The notes under the pieces were generated by a model. The model was not told the DNA's origin, did no database searches, and was given only the letters and a program-made list of their open reading frames with translations. Source: Trichechus inunguis (taxonomy: Eukaryota). Taken from it: 64,000 nucleotides of DNA. Both the position numbers and the translations under genes were made by a program. Below are positions 51,525 through 64,000 of the stretch, in pieces. Within the stretch, counting starts at the first letter, position 1. Each line of letters begins with the position of its first letter. The DNA is taken from assembly GCA_046562895.1 (NCBI GenBank), contig CM102171.1, positions 24,279,509-24,343,508 of the forward strand. The letters run 5' to 3'.

Positions 51525-51680
51525 AAACCCATTGTCGTCGAGTCGATTCCAACTCATAGTGACCCTATAGGACCGAGCAGAAACGCCCCACAGAGTTTCT
51601 AAATAGCGCCTGGTGGATTCGAACTGCTGACCTTTTGGTTAGCAGCCATAGCTCTTAACTACTATGCCACAGGGTTTCCA
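51525..51680 (-). mobile_element. AfroSINE (reverse orientation)
   Basis: aaacccattgtcgtcgagtcgattccaactcatagtgaccctataggaccgagcagaaacgccccacagagtttc...gaccttttggttagcagccatagctcttaactactatgccacagggtttcc. Confidence 0.8.
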
Positions 51681-51761
51681 GTCAATGCATAACCACCTTG
51701 TCTAAGAGCTATAACAATAATAGCAATATGTGTGAAACCTTCCCTTGCTTTAGGCCTAAAC

Positions 51762-51900
51762 CCGTTGCCATCAAGTTGATTCCAACTCATGGGACAGAGT
51801 AGAACTGCCCTATAGTGTTTCTAAGGAGTTGCTGGTGGATTCAAACTGCCAACCTTTTAGTTAGCAGCTAAGCTCTTAACCACTGTGCCACCAGGGCTCC
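51762..51900 (-). mobile_element. AfroSINE (reverse orientation)
   Basis: aaacccgttgccatcaagttgattccaactcatgggacagagtagaactgccctatagtgtttc...ttagttagcagctaagctcttaaccactgtgccaccagggctcc. Confidence 0.8.
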
Positions 51901-52179
51901 TGCTTTAGGTCTAGGGTGTCTATTCAATGTAATAGTTTCTCACACGGTAGACTCTTCTATTGACAGAAAACACTGAACACTGACATCTACAGGAATTCTT
52001 ATAAAATGGACAGAAATTAAAGAACTTTAAAATGCTTTGGTATTATTTAAAGAGGCAGCCATAACCAAATGACGTTTAGCAAAAATGCTTCTTATGTTAC
52101 CCACACTAGCAGAGATACATTTACAACAATCTTGAACCAACATCGGTGGGGGTAGTTTTAAGGGAATTGCTGAGAATGT

Positions 52180-52460
52180 TTCCAATACATGCCCTACATG
52201 CCAACAAAATAATCCTGGCAAGACTGTAAAGGTAGGACATGGACAAGAACCGAAGGTTTGAGGCCCCATGAACACATCCAAATGGGCTATGAATGTTCTG
52301 GTTGCCATTGTTTCTTCTCAGGGTGGATTGGCTTTTTCTTGCTGGAGAGCTATGGATGAGATGGGGGAAGAGGAGGGCTCAGTATTTTTATTCCCAACTT
52401 CAGGAATCTCAACTTTTCTCTCCAGTAGCAGGAACATATATTTCACTGGTACCATTATTA
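52180..52460 (+). mobile_element. Second ERV integrase-like remnant (zinc-finger C..C plus catalytic-core motif), frameshifted
   Basis: + strand frames give ...NTCPTCQQNNPGKTVKVGHGQEPKV.. and ..RPHEHIQMGYECSGCHCFFSGWIGFF, compared with MLV-type IN ..C..C..(G)[29 protein letters not shown]. The similarity is weak. Confidence 0.3.
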
Positions 52461-54215
52461 AAACAGCAACAACTACAGTCAGAACCCTACTGGCAAAATG
52501 GCAGCATAAGCCATATCTCTCCACAGAAACTCCAAGAAACAAGCAGAAACTGGCAGAACCAACTTCATTGGAACTCTAGGAACAACCTGAAGGCTTACAG
52601 CAACCAAGTAAACTCTGAATCAAGAAAAAGGCAATTTCAAAAGTGGTAGGGAAGCTTTGTGATGTTTTCTACTCACCCATGCCCCGTCTTCTCCCTGGCT
52701 TGACAATGATCTTAAAGCTGCAAGAGCCCACATTCTCAGAGAGGGATCCTGGCCCCTGGCTCCAGAAAGAACAGAGCAGACCATATTATCAAATTATTGT
52801 GTGTATGATCTAATCTAACTGGGGGCTATCTGAAAGACTGATGCAAAGTGCTCATCCTTGTTTGGCCTATTTCAGAGCTCACACAGGGCAAAGAAGTAGC
52901 AGACAGTGTTGCTTCGGGAAATGAGGGCATTCAAAAGCACCTATGTATATGGGGGAATTTAGAAAGCCACAAATACCCAAGGCAAGATGCACACTCAAAA
53001 AATACCTGAGAAGACCTTATGCTTTAAACCTCAGGCTGATCCCTATGTTTTCACCTTTGGCTAATCCTGAGGCTCAGTGCAAGCCTAGCTAAGTGATGAT
53101 GGAGTTCCCCAGCACAGAGTCAATCTGCAAAGACTGGGAGAGGTGTTTTTTATTATTATTATTACTATTCTCTTTTAAAATGCCAGCTGAATATAAGCTA
53201 ATGAACAGAGACTTCAGTGACCACATGCATCCAGTTAGGCAGTCTTTGCAAAAATAGATAGGGAGAGTCAATAATTAAATAGACTAGTACAGCCTTCAAC
53301 AATCAAAAAACGAAACCAGCAAACCTTGGGGAGGGGGTGTCTGATTTCCAGAGATACCACATTATAATATTCAAATGTCAACGTTCGACAAAAAATTACA
53401 AGGCATACAAAGAAATGGAAAGGATGACACACTCAAAAGAACAAAGTAAAGCAACAGTAACCATCTCTGAGGAAGCCCAGACAATGGACTTACTAGACAG
53501 AGACTTTAAAACATTTTATTGCCAGATGGAGTGAAGGCACAATCTACTCCAGCAGGCCCTTCGGAGTTTTGTCATAAAGGTTCAAAGTTATAGTTACAGT
53601 TTCTTGCTTAGAAATCATTCCTGCTTCTGGCACCTGCAGTTGCATCCCTGCTCCTGGGGCTACTGCGTCAAGTAGAAAAATATAAAGCTGAGGTGATATG
53701 GGGAAAAAAGAAAAAACTATAGCTGTACCAGCATCCTCCCGCCATGGGAAGAATTGTAGAGTCATACTAGCATCCTCTCCCACCTCCTTTTCCTAAAGCT
53801 CCTAGAAAAGTGGAGGAATCTATCTAGTGGGGACCCTCCTTGGTTCACCAGGTATGTAAAGCCCAGTTCAGAGTAAATTTCTATTCCTGTCAGGACCCAT
53901 GTGTAGTCTCCAGTGGCTACTAGCATCAGTTTAACTTGCCAGTTATGTGCAGGGCTTTCCTCTTGGGGAATCTGTCCCATATCCATCTGCAGCCTCTCTC
54001 TCTGTTGGCAGATAGAATGGTTCTTATTGGCATTTTATACTTCATAGAGTACAATAGGAATATGTATAGATTCAGCCCATTTCTGCATTGCTGAAACCCC
54101 CCAATGTCCATTTATTTCATGTACACAGTGGCTACTTCAAATGAGCATTCTGGGCAATCTACTCACCATTTTCAGTCATCTTCCAATCCTGGGTGTTATT
54201 CTTTTAATACCAAAA

Positions 54216-54372
54216 CCAAACCCACTGCCATCGAGTTGATTCTGACTCATAGTGACCCTATAGGACAAAGTAGAACTGCCCTGTAGGGTTTCCAAGGAAC
54301 GCCTGGTGGATTCAAACTGCTAACCTTTTGGTTAGCAGCCGTAGCTCTTAACTACTACACCACTAGGGTTTC
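54216..54372 (-). mobile_element. AfroSINE (reverse orientation)
   Basis: aaacccactgccatcgagttgattctgactcatagtgaccctataggacaaagtagaactgccctgtagggtttcc...ttggttagcagccgtagctcttaactactacaccactagggtttcc. Confidence 0.8.
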
Positions 54373-54949
54373 CTCTTCTTTAATACACTCCTCAAATTCT
54401 CACAGTGATTTCCATAGAGCCGTGCCCAATATAAGCATCCCTGTAACAGGCCAGTTTTCCATTGCCCTTCTGCCTGATATATAGCCAGGCCATTGGCCAC
54501 TGCCCGTGAGTTGGTAAAAACCCAATACAGGGGCAAACAGCATGCAATTCAGTCTATCAAACTGATTTGTTTTTACCTTATTCAATCATAGTGGCAGCCT
54601 TCCAAACAGGATGCTGTCCATTCATCTTGAAATTGCCATCTGTAAACCAAGCAGCTCATTGTTGGTCAACAGAGAGCTCCTCATATGTAACTGTCTGGGC
54701 AGTGATAGAATCCAGCAGGTCCTCGAGTGGTTCTAAAGTTGGTCCTAGAGGAAAAGAGTCTACTTGCTCATCAGTACATTAAGTACTTCTTTGCATTCCC
54801 CTGGTAGCATGTCCCACACAAACCATTTCCATTTTATTATGAATTTTTTTCTAGACATTGACTCCCCATTAGAGCACATTGCCAAAGATGTTATGGTTAT
54901 TTCAGGTTTCAAGATTATTTTATCTTCTTCAGGAATAAGAGCAGTTTCA

Positions 54950-55790
54950 CCCCGGACACGCTTTTAACTCAGTACTGAAGTCACTCCTGAGGTTCACCCT
55001 TCCACCAAAGATTAGACAGGTCTATAGGGCCAACAGTAACACACATGAGGGACGTGCTTCATAGTTCAATCATGTATACGAGACTAATGGGTGCATCAGT
55101 CCAACAGCAAAGACAAGAAGGCAGGAAGGGACAGGAAATATGTACGAATGGAAACAGGGAACCTGGGGTGGAAAATGGGAGTGTTGACACATCGCATGGT
55201 CATGGATTGAATTATGTCCCCCCAAAAATGTGTGTATCAATTTGTCTGGGCCATGATTCCTGGTTTTGTGTGATTTCCCTATATGTTGTAAATCCTGCCT
55301 CTATGATGTTAATGATGGAGGATGGGCAGCAGTTGTGTTAGTAAGGCAGGACTCAATCTACAAGATTGGATTGTGTCCTGAGGCAATCTCTTGAGATATA
55401 AAAGAGAGAAGAGAGCAGAGAGACAGAGGGACCTCATACCACCAAGAAAGCAGTGCCAGGAGCACAGCACGTCCTTTGGACCTGGCGTCCCTGCGGGAGA
55501 AGCTCCTAGTCCAGGGGAACACTGATGAGAAGAAGGCCAACAGAGGGAGAAAGCCTTCCCCTGGAGCTGATGCCCTGAATTTGGACTTTTAGCCTACTTT
55601 ACTGTGAAGAAATAAATTTCTCTTTGTTAAAGCCATCCACTTGTGGTATTTCTGTTGTAGCAGCACTAGATGACTAAGACAGCAGGCTTGGCAATCAATG
55701 TCAAAAAACAATTCGTGTATTAACTGTTCAGTAAGAAACTAATTTGCTACGTAAACTTTCACCTAAATCATTAAAAAAAAAAAAAAGAAA
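54950..55790 (+). mobile_element. L1-3'-tail-like retroposon (copy 3) split by a nested MaLR-type solo LTR (copy 3) at 55200-55685
   Basis: ccccggacacgcttttaactcagtactgaagtcactcctgaggttcaccc...gtgttgacacatcgcatggtca|tggattgaattatgtccccccaaaaatgtgtg...(LTR)...gcactagatgactaagaca|gcaggcttggcaatcaatgtcaaaaaacaattcgtgtattaactgttcag...aaaaaaaaaaaaa. Confidence 0.6.
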
Positions 55791-57289
55791 AGAAATAGGA
55801 GCAGTCTCAATCAAAGTCCAATATCCAGCTAGCAACTATCTCTCAAATGGAAAAATTCTGGTTCAAAATCCCAGCAGTCATTGCTAGGTGGCATTCACAG
55901 GTTTTTACTATAATCTCCCATCTGTGTGAGGACTTCAGGGCTGATTTGGAGTAGTTCTATGAATAGGAGCTAGTAATATTCCCGGGTGTGGAATATGCAT
56001 TGTCCAAAATCCAAATAAACCAACTAGACTCTGGTCTTCCACCATGTGTTATCCACGAGGTATCTTATACTATTTAAAATTAACCTGCATGGGCTCAGAC
56101 ACTCTCATTTCTTCCCATTTAGTGGGTCTAATCAATATTACTTGAAGGGTGGATTTAAATACCTTCTGTTTTACAATACTAGGTAGGGGAAATATTCCCC
56201 AGTCAGACACCAATATCCAGCCCATAATATATTCAAGTAAAGGAGACACAAACATTTCACATAAAGTGTGTTCAAACATTCCAATTTTCATTTAAACGTT
56301 CATCTGAATCCCATCAACCACTGGCTTCTTTTATCTTCCCAACCTAACTGTAGCCCCTGTTAAGACTTCACTAACAGGTTTTGGAACACAGTGCAGGGGG
56401 CTCCCATGTCAAGGAGTCCCAGAAACATCTTTTCTCCACCCCCTGACCATTCTATCATTTTGCATAAGGACTTGGGTCCCCAGTGCAGGGTTGAGCCAAG
56501 TGACTCAGGCCTTCTTGTTAGGCCTTATCTTGATTAGATTGTGGGACCATCTCCTCAGGCAATTTGAGGTTAGGTTTCTCATAGTAATCTTTGCCTTCTG
56601 ATTTTTTTAAAAATTATTATTATTTCCCCAAACTAGGGTGAATATAGCAGATTTATGTAGGGCCCTTCAATGTTAGGGAGCCAGCAGGGACTCCCATCAG
56701 TCCACTCAACTTCTGAGAGCGCTGCATTAAGATCTTTGTTTTGGTCCCATCGGTGTCTGGTTTATTCATTTCATTTCTCCATTTAAAGATTTCTACCCTG
56801 TTGGGACAAGTCCCTTGGCTCTTCTGTGTTTTTCCCCCTTGTTTTTTACATTCTGTTACGAATCATTATAACCTTTGTTATCTGTTGCTTCAGTATAACT
56901 TTTCCCATTGAAACCAGCTCTTGGGCCAGCTAGAATCTAAGCTTAGCCCAATGTCAGGATCTACCCTGTTACTTTGGTAGCTGCGGTGCAGTGAATTACT
57001 TTATATGGCTCTTCTAGCCATGCATGGTCTTGTGACTCCCACAAAATGACTAGGTGAGTCTATGCAAATAAGGTACTTGTGGCCCACCAAGGGGGATTGG
57101 ACAGCCTGCTAATAAGGCAAATAAGGTGCATAGGACCCTTGTGGGGGGTGGGACTATGCAAATAAGGTATTTGTAACCCTTGTAGGGGATTGGTCAGCTT
57201 TGCCATCCTACTAGGCTTAAAGGGAGCCAATCCCAAAGGCTAAAACGGGTAACTCACTACCTTCAAGAAGAAGACCCAGATAAAATGAT

Positions 57290-57545
57290 ACTTGTGAAGC
57301 GTGTGCTTCTTAGCTCAAGTAGATACATGAGACTAAATGGGCAGCTCCTGTCTGGAGGTGAGATGAGAAGGCAGAGAGGGTCAGGAGCTGGTTGAATGGA
57401 CACAGGAGATCAGGGGTGGAAAGGAGGAATGTGCTGTCACAGTATAGGGAGAGCAATTAGGGTCACATAACAATGTATGTATAAATTTTTGTATGAGAAA
57501 CTAACTTGAATTGTAAACTTTCACTTAAAGTACAATAAAATAAGA
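57290..57545 (+). mobile_element. L1-3'-tail-like retroposon, copy 4 (diverged)
   Basis: ...ggagatcaggggtggaaaggaggaatgtgctgtcacagtatagggagagcaattagggtcacataacaatgtatgtataaatttttgtatgagaaactaacttgaattgtaaactttcacttaaagtacaataaaataagatttgaaaaaa. Confidence 0.5.
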
Positions 57546-57920
57546 TTTGAAAAAAGAAGAAGAGCCAGGAGCACAGCACGTCCTTGGACCCAGGGTCCCT
57601 GCACTGAGAACCTTCTGGACCTGGAAGACAGAGAGAGCTGTAATACTGTAGGCAGAAGCAGTGTGAGACAACAGGAACCAGGAGACCAGTGCAAGACAGC
57701 ACGGTGGTCTTCCCAGCCCATGGAGCAAGAGAGCTGACAGCCTTTAGGCAGGAAGCTTGCCAGTGGAGTGGGGTGCCTCCAGGCACTAGTTGGTGGAGCT
57801 AGGCCTGCCAACCCACTGAACAAGAAAGCTGAGTGCCTTTGGACAAGAGGCTTGCAGGCAGAATGGGATGCCTCTGGCACTTACTGGCAGAGCTAAAGAG
57901 CTTTGTAACACTTGTCTGAA

Positions 57921-58012
57921 CAGGGCAGAGGCCAGGCCCAAGCAGGGGCAGAGGCCAGGCCCGAGCAGGGGCAGAGGCCAGGCCTGAGTGAGGGCAGAGG
58001 CCAGGCTGACGG
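57921..58012. repeat. Minisatellite of ~4 x 24 bp (gcaggggcagaggccaggcccgag), embedded in an LTR-like element (about 57550-58210) that also contains two ~75-bp sub-repeats at 57725-57900
   Basis: cagggcagaggccaggcccaagcaggggcagaggccaggcccgagcaggggcagaggccaggcctgagtgagggcagaggccaggctgac. The element ends ...ccctaataaaccccataatcgtgagtatag, a poly(A) signal typical of a 3' LTR end. Confidence 0.7.
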
Positions 58013-61000
58013 TGCAGGGCCCAGGTCGAGAGCACAGGGCCTGCCAGCAGCAAGCCATGAATAAGCTGTCCTGATCGATGAACTATATCCAGAGTTGTTC
58101 CTGTTACCACCAAATTGATCCTGATCTTGAATTGTAACCTGTTGCTTCCCTAATAAACCCCATAATCGTGAGTATAGTCTGTGAGTTCCGTGTGGCCATT
58201 GCAACAAATTATTAAACCCAGCAGAGAAACAGAGAATGCCGTGGGAGGGACACCTGGTGTCTGAATTGGTAAAAAGGTTGGAGGGTGAAGGTATGTCTGA
58301 ACTCCACCTCATGGGAATCAATTTTAGACTGATGCTGATCTTGATTCTTTTCCCCCATCCTGAAGTTAGAAGAGGAGGTCTGACACCATGACAATTTTTT
58401 TACAGCAGAGGCCCTGAGGCTGGAGGCTGTCGTTTGGACTGGCCAGAATCCAGAAGCTAAGTTTATCTCAGAGTTAGGATCTTCCACAACAACTCTCCCT
58501 TATTTTAATTTTAGTTATTACAGATAACAATAACCAAAGGGTTGTATATTTTGCTTTTTTATTGTTACCTTTCATTTTCTTATGCATTCAGTGGCCAATT
58601 CCTGGAAATTGGATCCATAATTTCTATATTCTATTGGTAAATTTCACCTCCAGTAACTGATCACAACTCAGCTGCCATTCTGTGGGTACCCTGCCGCCAC
58701 CCATATATCAACGACTTCTCATTCCCCACCCTTTCATCTTTCATCGTTTCTCTTCCAAAACCACGTTTCAGCGAGTCAGAATTGGTCTAGCAAATCGACT
58801 TGTGACACCAATTATCCGGAGTTAGAGAAACTTGAAGTTAAAGGCTTAATTCTCCAGACTGCCAAGTATGCCTAAGACTTCTGGCACCAACTAAAGTTCA
58901 GGGGTTTCCAAAAACCATCCTCAAGTTCAATGATTCACTAGAAAGACTCACAAAAGTCACTGAAAGCTACTATACTCATGATTACACTTATTACAGGGAA
59001 AGGATACAAATTAGAACCAGCCAAAGAAAAAGATGCAGAAGGGAGGGTCTGGGAGGGCTCTGAACACAAAGCTTCTGTTGTTCTCAGGGATGCATTACCC
59101 TCTCCGCATCAACATGTGACAATACACACAGAGTACTGCCAACTAGGGAAGCTCACCTAAGCTTCAGTGTTCAGAGTTTTTTATTAGGGTTTCATTACAT
59201 AGGCATGATTGATTGAATCATCATTACCCATGTAGTCGAACTCAATTTCCAGAGAGGTTAACTCCCAGGAGCCAAAGACAAAGGCCAGATCTTTGAGTGA
59301 GGCCAAATTCCTTACCAGACAAAGACCTTAAAGATAACTGATCCAATAAGAAAACTCCAAGATGCTGATCCTTGGATTCATGGTTCCCCACTAAAAACAC
59401 AAACATCACTTTCTTCTGACTACTGGTCATCTATTCTGGGACACTTCAAAATGAGGATTCTTAAAAACTCTCCAGAAGCTTCCATCCAAGACGACAGAAC
59501 AAGCTGCTCACTGAAAAAATGGACAGCTTCTGCCCAAGATGACAGAACAGGATTAATTTTTTGGTTCTTCAGTATCCTTTTTCAGATCCTTTGCTCTACT
59601 ACTATTCTTTCTTATTATTGTCTTAGCAATAACAGACTGAAAGTTTTCTTAATATGATCTTCCTTATCTTCATCCTGTTACTACTGATGTCTTACGGTGT
59701 TCTTTTACTACTCAAGGGGAAACAAAATCTTGCTGGTGTGTTTTTTTTTCAGACTTTAGCTACTGCTCTGAATTTAACTGATTGCTGGATCTGTTGCATA
59801 CCTCCTCCCCTGCCCCAATCCTGCTGACAAAAATTTAATAGTTTTAAACATTTAGAAGAAGGTAGATTTCCTTCTACAGTTCCTTTTTGGTATTTACGTT
59901 TTCCTCATATAATTAATCTCAAATTTTGGTCTTATAAGATTCAACCTGAACAAATGCTTCTGCTGAGGTCATTATAACCCTGTAAGTAAAACCTTGTACA
60001 TCAGGAATGGGAATTAATGTTGGGGTTATCTTTACTACACCAGTTTGTTCTCTTCAGAGACTCTCCAACCTAATTTGCAGAAACTGTGTAACTCCACTAA
60101 AGGAATCTGCCCAAATCAAGAGTCCAAAAATTGGCTACTCATATTGTGATAAATGATACCTGTACTCCCAATACAGTCTTTGTCCTACTAGGATCGTACT
60201 TCTTAGCAGATATCAGACTTACATCTGTCTGCTGCACACTAACTTATCCTGTGTATGCAGGGTAATTGATAGGGCCTTTCAAATATTTAAAATTACCACC
60301 CTTCCGGTGGATCAGGTTTTCCTGAGAATGATACCCAGAAAACTCCAAAATGAGGAAAAAAGAGGTTCTTCAGGAAAACTACCAGGAGGGATAACTGACT
60401 CCCTTATCATTCAGACTATATGAGCTACACTTTCCAGAGCAGGCCATACTACTGGGAAAAGGTGATCAAAAACTTGTCTCTGACTCCAGACATCATAAAT
60501 GATACAAGTCCTACGCAGAAGCCCAACAATCAATTTAAATTTAAATTGATTAACCAAGGAAAAATTTATGCCTTGAAGTTTCTTGCTGTGCCTATATAAA
60601 TACTACAGGTCAAGTAGAATTGTCTGTAACTATGCTAAAAGAAAAAGTCACTTGGATCTCTAGAAAAGAAAAACTGGACTTTGGGACATGTTTTCATTGC
60701 CTTGGTTGGGTAATCTAGGTCTCTGTCTTCACCATTACAAGGATTAATGACCATTTTTGTTTCTAGTAATTTCCTGCGATGCAGTTGGCTGATGTATCCC
60801 GTCCAGAGTCTTAAACGCTACTGTGCAAACGCAGTTGCGTCAGTGGATGTAACTCATTCAGCAACAAAAGGAGAGGAGAGACTAACCTTAGTCCAGCTAC
60901 AGACAATGTTCTCTGGACAATCTCCTGAAAAGCAAAATCTTGGTAATAGTGAAGAGCTGGATAACAGATTAAAATCCTGAGGCCTGATTCCGCCTGCCCT

Positions 61001-64000
61001 TGGCAAAAAGGGAAAACTGAGGAAGAGACAGTAGGGTAGCCTCTGACAGCCCAGAGCTGGCCTGGTACTATCACCTAGACCTTGGTGTTTGTATTAGTTT
61101 CCTAGGGCTGCCACAACAAAATACCACAGAATGGGTAGCTTATGAGAACAGAAATTTCTGGACAGTAGGAATCTGAATTCAGGGCATCAGCAGGGCTATC
61201 TTCTGTCTACGCTAGGCGAAGATCCTTCCTTGTCTCTTCCAGCTGCTGGTAGTCCCACACGTTTCTTGGTATTCCTTAGCTTGTTGGTGCATCTTCACAG
61301 GGCTGTCTTCCTCCTGTGTGTATCTTTGCCTCTGTTCTCTTTTATAACGATAGCACTTAGATAGGATGAGGACCCACCCTACTCCCGTATGACCTCAAGT
61401 TAATTGATAACATCTTCAAAGACCCTATTTCCGAACAAAGTCATATTCCCAGGTAATGGGGGTTAGGACTTCAATGTATCTTTCTGGGGACATCATTCAA
61501 TCCATAACAGTGTTGACAGGAGCTGGTGTGACACTCACAGCTATTGAGATCGTCTTTTGATGAACATAATCAATTTCACCAACACCAACATCAGACAAGG
61601 CCACTCTGTGACTGTGATGGATCAAGACAGAAACAAAACCACTCCAGAATCATTTCTGAACTCAGAAGTCCAAGCCACAGAAATGACCAAATACCCCTCA
61701 TCCTGGCTAACATAAATGATTTCTGTTTCTTTACCAATAATAGCCTTAGACTTGCTCCTTTCTTTCCACCTTTTATTATTATTATTTTATTGTGCTTTTG
61801 GTGAAAGTTTACAGCTCAAGTTAATTTCTCATACAAAAATTTATACATATTGTTTTGTGACATTAGTTGCAATCCCCACAATGTGAGAGCACACTCCCCA
61901 TTCCTACCCCTGGTTCCCTGTATCCATTCAACCAGTTCCTGCCCCTTCCTGCCTTCTCATCCTGCCTCTGGACAGGAGCTGCCCATTTGGTCTCATGTAT
62001 CTGATTGAACTAAGAAGCACACTCCTCACGTGTATTATTTTTTGTTTTATAGTCCTGTCTAATCTTTGTCTGAGGAGTGCTTCGGGAATGGTTTCAGCTC
62101 TGGGTTAGCAGAGCATCCGGGGGCCATAGTTTCAGGGGTTCCTCCAGTCTCTGTCAGACCATTAGGTCTGGTCTTTTTACGTAAATTTGAGTTCTGCTCC
62201 ACACTCTTCTCCTGCTCCATCCAGGACTCTCTGTTGTGTTCCCTGTCAGGGCGGTCACTGGTGGTAGCCAGGCATCATCTAGTCCTTATGGTCTCAGGCT
62301 GGTGGAGTTTCTGGTTTATGTGGTCCTTTAGTCTCTTGGGCTAATATTTTCCTTTTGTCTTTGGATTTCTTCATTCTCCTTTGCTCCAAGTGGGATGGGA
62401 CCAATTGATGCATCCTAGATGGCTGCTCGTAAGCTTTTAAAACCCCGGATGCCACTCACCAAAGTATCTTCCCACCTTTTAGATAAAAATTATTAAGATA
62501 CTCAATCAGAGAATTATCCTTGCTTCCTGACAGCATTCAAACCAAAGCAAAGCCCCTTTCCTTGAACCCTCCCCAGAATCACCTAACACAAGCCCACATC
62601 CTGTATGTCATTTCTAATGCTCTCTTACTGAGGTGCCGCACAGTTCATCATATTCTGTGGTCTCCCTCAATACACTGCATCAATAAACCCAACTTTGTTC
62701 AATTATGGGTGTGCCCCTGGTTGTCTTTAGTGGGAGGGCACTGATACTGGAAAAAAAAATTTTCTGCGATTGATCCTTATTTTTTTCAAATTTACTAAAA
62801 ATAAGTTTAATGCTCTGTAATCAGACAAAACAGGTCTATCGGTTAGACTTGGCCTGAGGGCTGCCAGAATGCAACCCTTCAGTTGGATGATCTCTCTTCC
62901 AATGTAAAGGTTAATAATGTTATAAGTGGTTAACAGCTATTAAATACCTAAGCTGAGCCAGGGATAGGATGCATGCTTCCACATGTATATTTTATTTAAT
63001 GTTCTTTTCTACTGTAGTCATTCAGAACCCTCTGAACTTTATTCATGCTGTGCCATTTGCAAGGTCGCCTGCTGCATGTTTGTCTATAAATGAGGTCAAA
63101 TTCCTATTTTACAGGAAGATGCTGGTGTATACCCATTCCCTTCTCACGGTGAGCCTGTATCCATGGGAACTGAGACCAAGTACACAACAACACCTCCATG
63201 AACAAATCCTCAGGGAACAAAGTTCCTTTTAATGAAGCTGGCCTGACCACAGAGGAATCTAGGGGACTCTCCGGGCTTCTCAGCTTTGTGCAGGCCTCTA
63301 GATTTAAGCTGGCTGTGGAGGAGGAGAAAGTGGAGCTGTCTCAGGTATGGGCTTCATACTGGGATCTGGGACTTGGGCCAGGCAGAGAAAAGGTTGTGTG
63401 GAAAAATTCTCCCAGGCCTTCTTCTCCTCAGGAGAAAGCAGGAGAAGGGCCTTGTATACCAGGTCCTGGTTCTGTGTATGAATCGACCCAAGAGTTTAGC
63501 AGGAATTCCAGCATCACACAGGGTGTTGACTAGATCACGGAATCACAGGAAGGAACAAGGTACCCAATTCTTGATGGCTGCTTTGGCCTGTGAAGACAGG
63601 AGAGACTAGAAAAAGCTTTAGGCTAAGTGACAGAGTTTGTACCCCAGTAACCCACTTCCTTTTCTACATCCCTGCCATCTCCCACACAATATGTTCTCTT
63701 CTCTGTTCTCCAAAAAGCCAGGGACCTTTGCCTTCCACTGACTGCCTGAGGTGAGCCCTGGGAACCCTTATGACCACCAATTCCCTGTCTTCCCTCTTTC
63801 CTCTGCTCTGAGGGCCAAGGTTTCTGCCTCAGTTTTCCTGCTTGATGATAGAACTGCCCCAGGAATTCCTGGCTCCTAAGGCTCCCTTGGCCAGTGCTCG
63901 CCCCTGGGGTTAGGACCATCTTATTACGCTTATAGTTCCAAGCCGGCCTTGCTGTAAAAGAACTGATCACTCAGAACCCCTTTTCTGAATATAGCCACTA

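Overview
This window is mammalian nuclear DNA, not prokaryotic. It carries dozens of tRNA-derived AfroSINE copies (head of the form 'ggagccctggtggcacagtggttaag'; most copies end in the tail 'ctatgagtcagaatcgactcgacggcaac'), which are diagnostic of Afrotheria such as elephant, manatee or hyrax. Besides the AfroSINEs there are RTE/BovB LINE fragments, many L1 fragments, MaLR-type solo LTRs and two endogenous-retrovirus integrase remnants. The single-copy content matches the human 16p11.2 PAGR1-MVP neighbourhood. A complete major vault protein gene (MVP, + strand) is present, with 14 coding exons from the ATG at 29121 to the TAG at 48673-48675 and an AATAAA at 48694. Every junction uses canonical AG/GT sites with consistent phases, and the predicted product is about 885 aa. 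Upstream, the C-terminal coding exon of PAGR1 lies at about 13974-14157 on the + strand, with its poly(A) signal at 14368. Immediately 5' of that exon, on the opposite strand, sits an intron-less, frameshifted and stop-containing retrocopy of GDAP2 (macro domain plus CRAL-TRIO domain), i.e. a processed pseudogene. The flanks (1-9.5 kb and 49-64 kb) are almost entirely nested L1, LTR and SINE insertions. I see no CRISPR array, operon, defence island or other prokaryote-style system. The supplied six-frame ORF track uses alternative start codons, and outside the MVP and PAGR1 exons its ORFs are all translations of repeats, antisense L1 or low-complexity sequence. The most interesting observations are these: (i) the GDAP2 retrocopy ends only about 40 bp from the PAGR1 terminal-exon acceptor; (ii) a single extra C in a C7 homopolymer frameshifts the PAGR1 tail, and removing one C restores a human-like C-terminus; (iii) the PAGR1 5' exons are absent from the 14 kb upstream; (iv) two ~0.6 kb direct repeats lie about 40 kb apart on either side of the locus; (v) an inverted AfroSINE pair sits in MVP intron 9; (vi) MVP intron 8 is a 130-bp G-run-rich intron; (vii) a ~360-bp L1-tail-like short retroposon family is present in four copies. 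All coordinates were obtained by hand-counting and may be off by a base or two.
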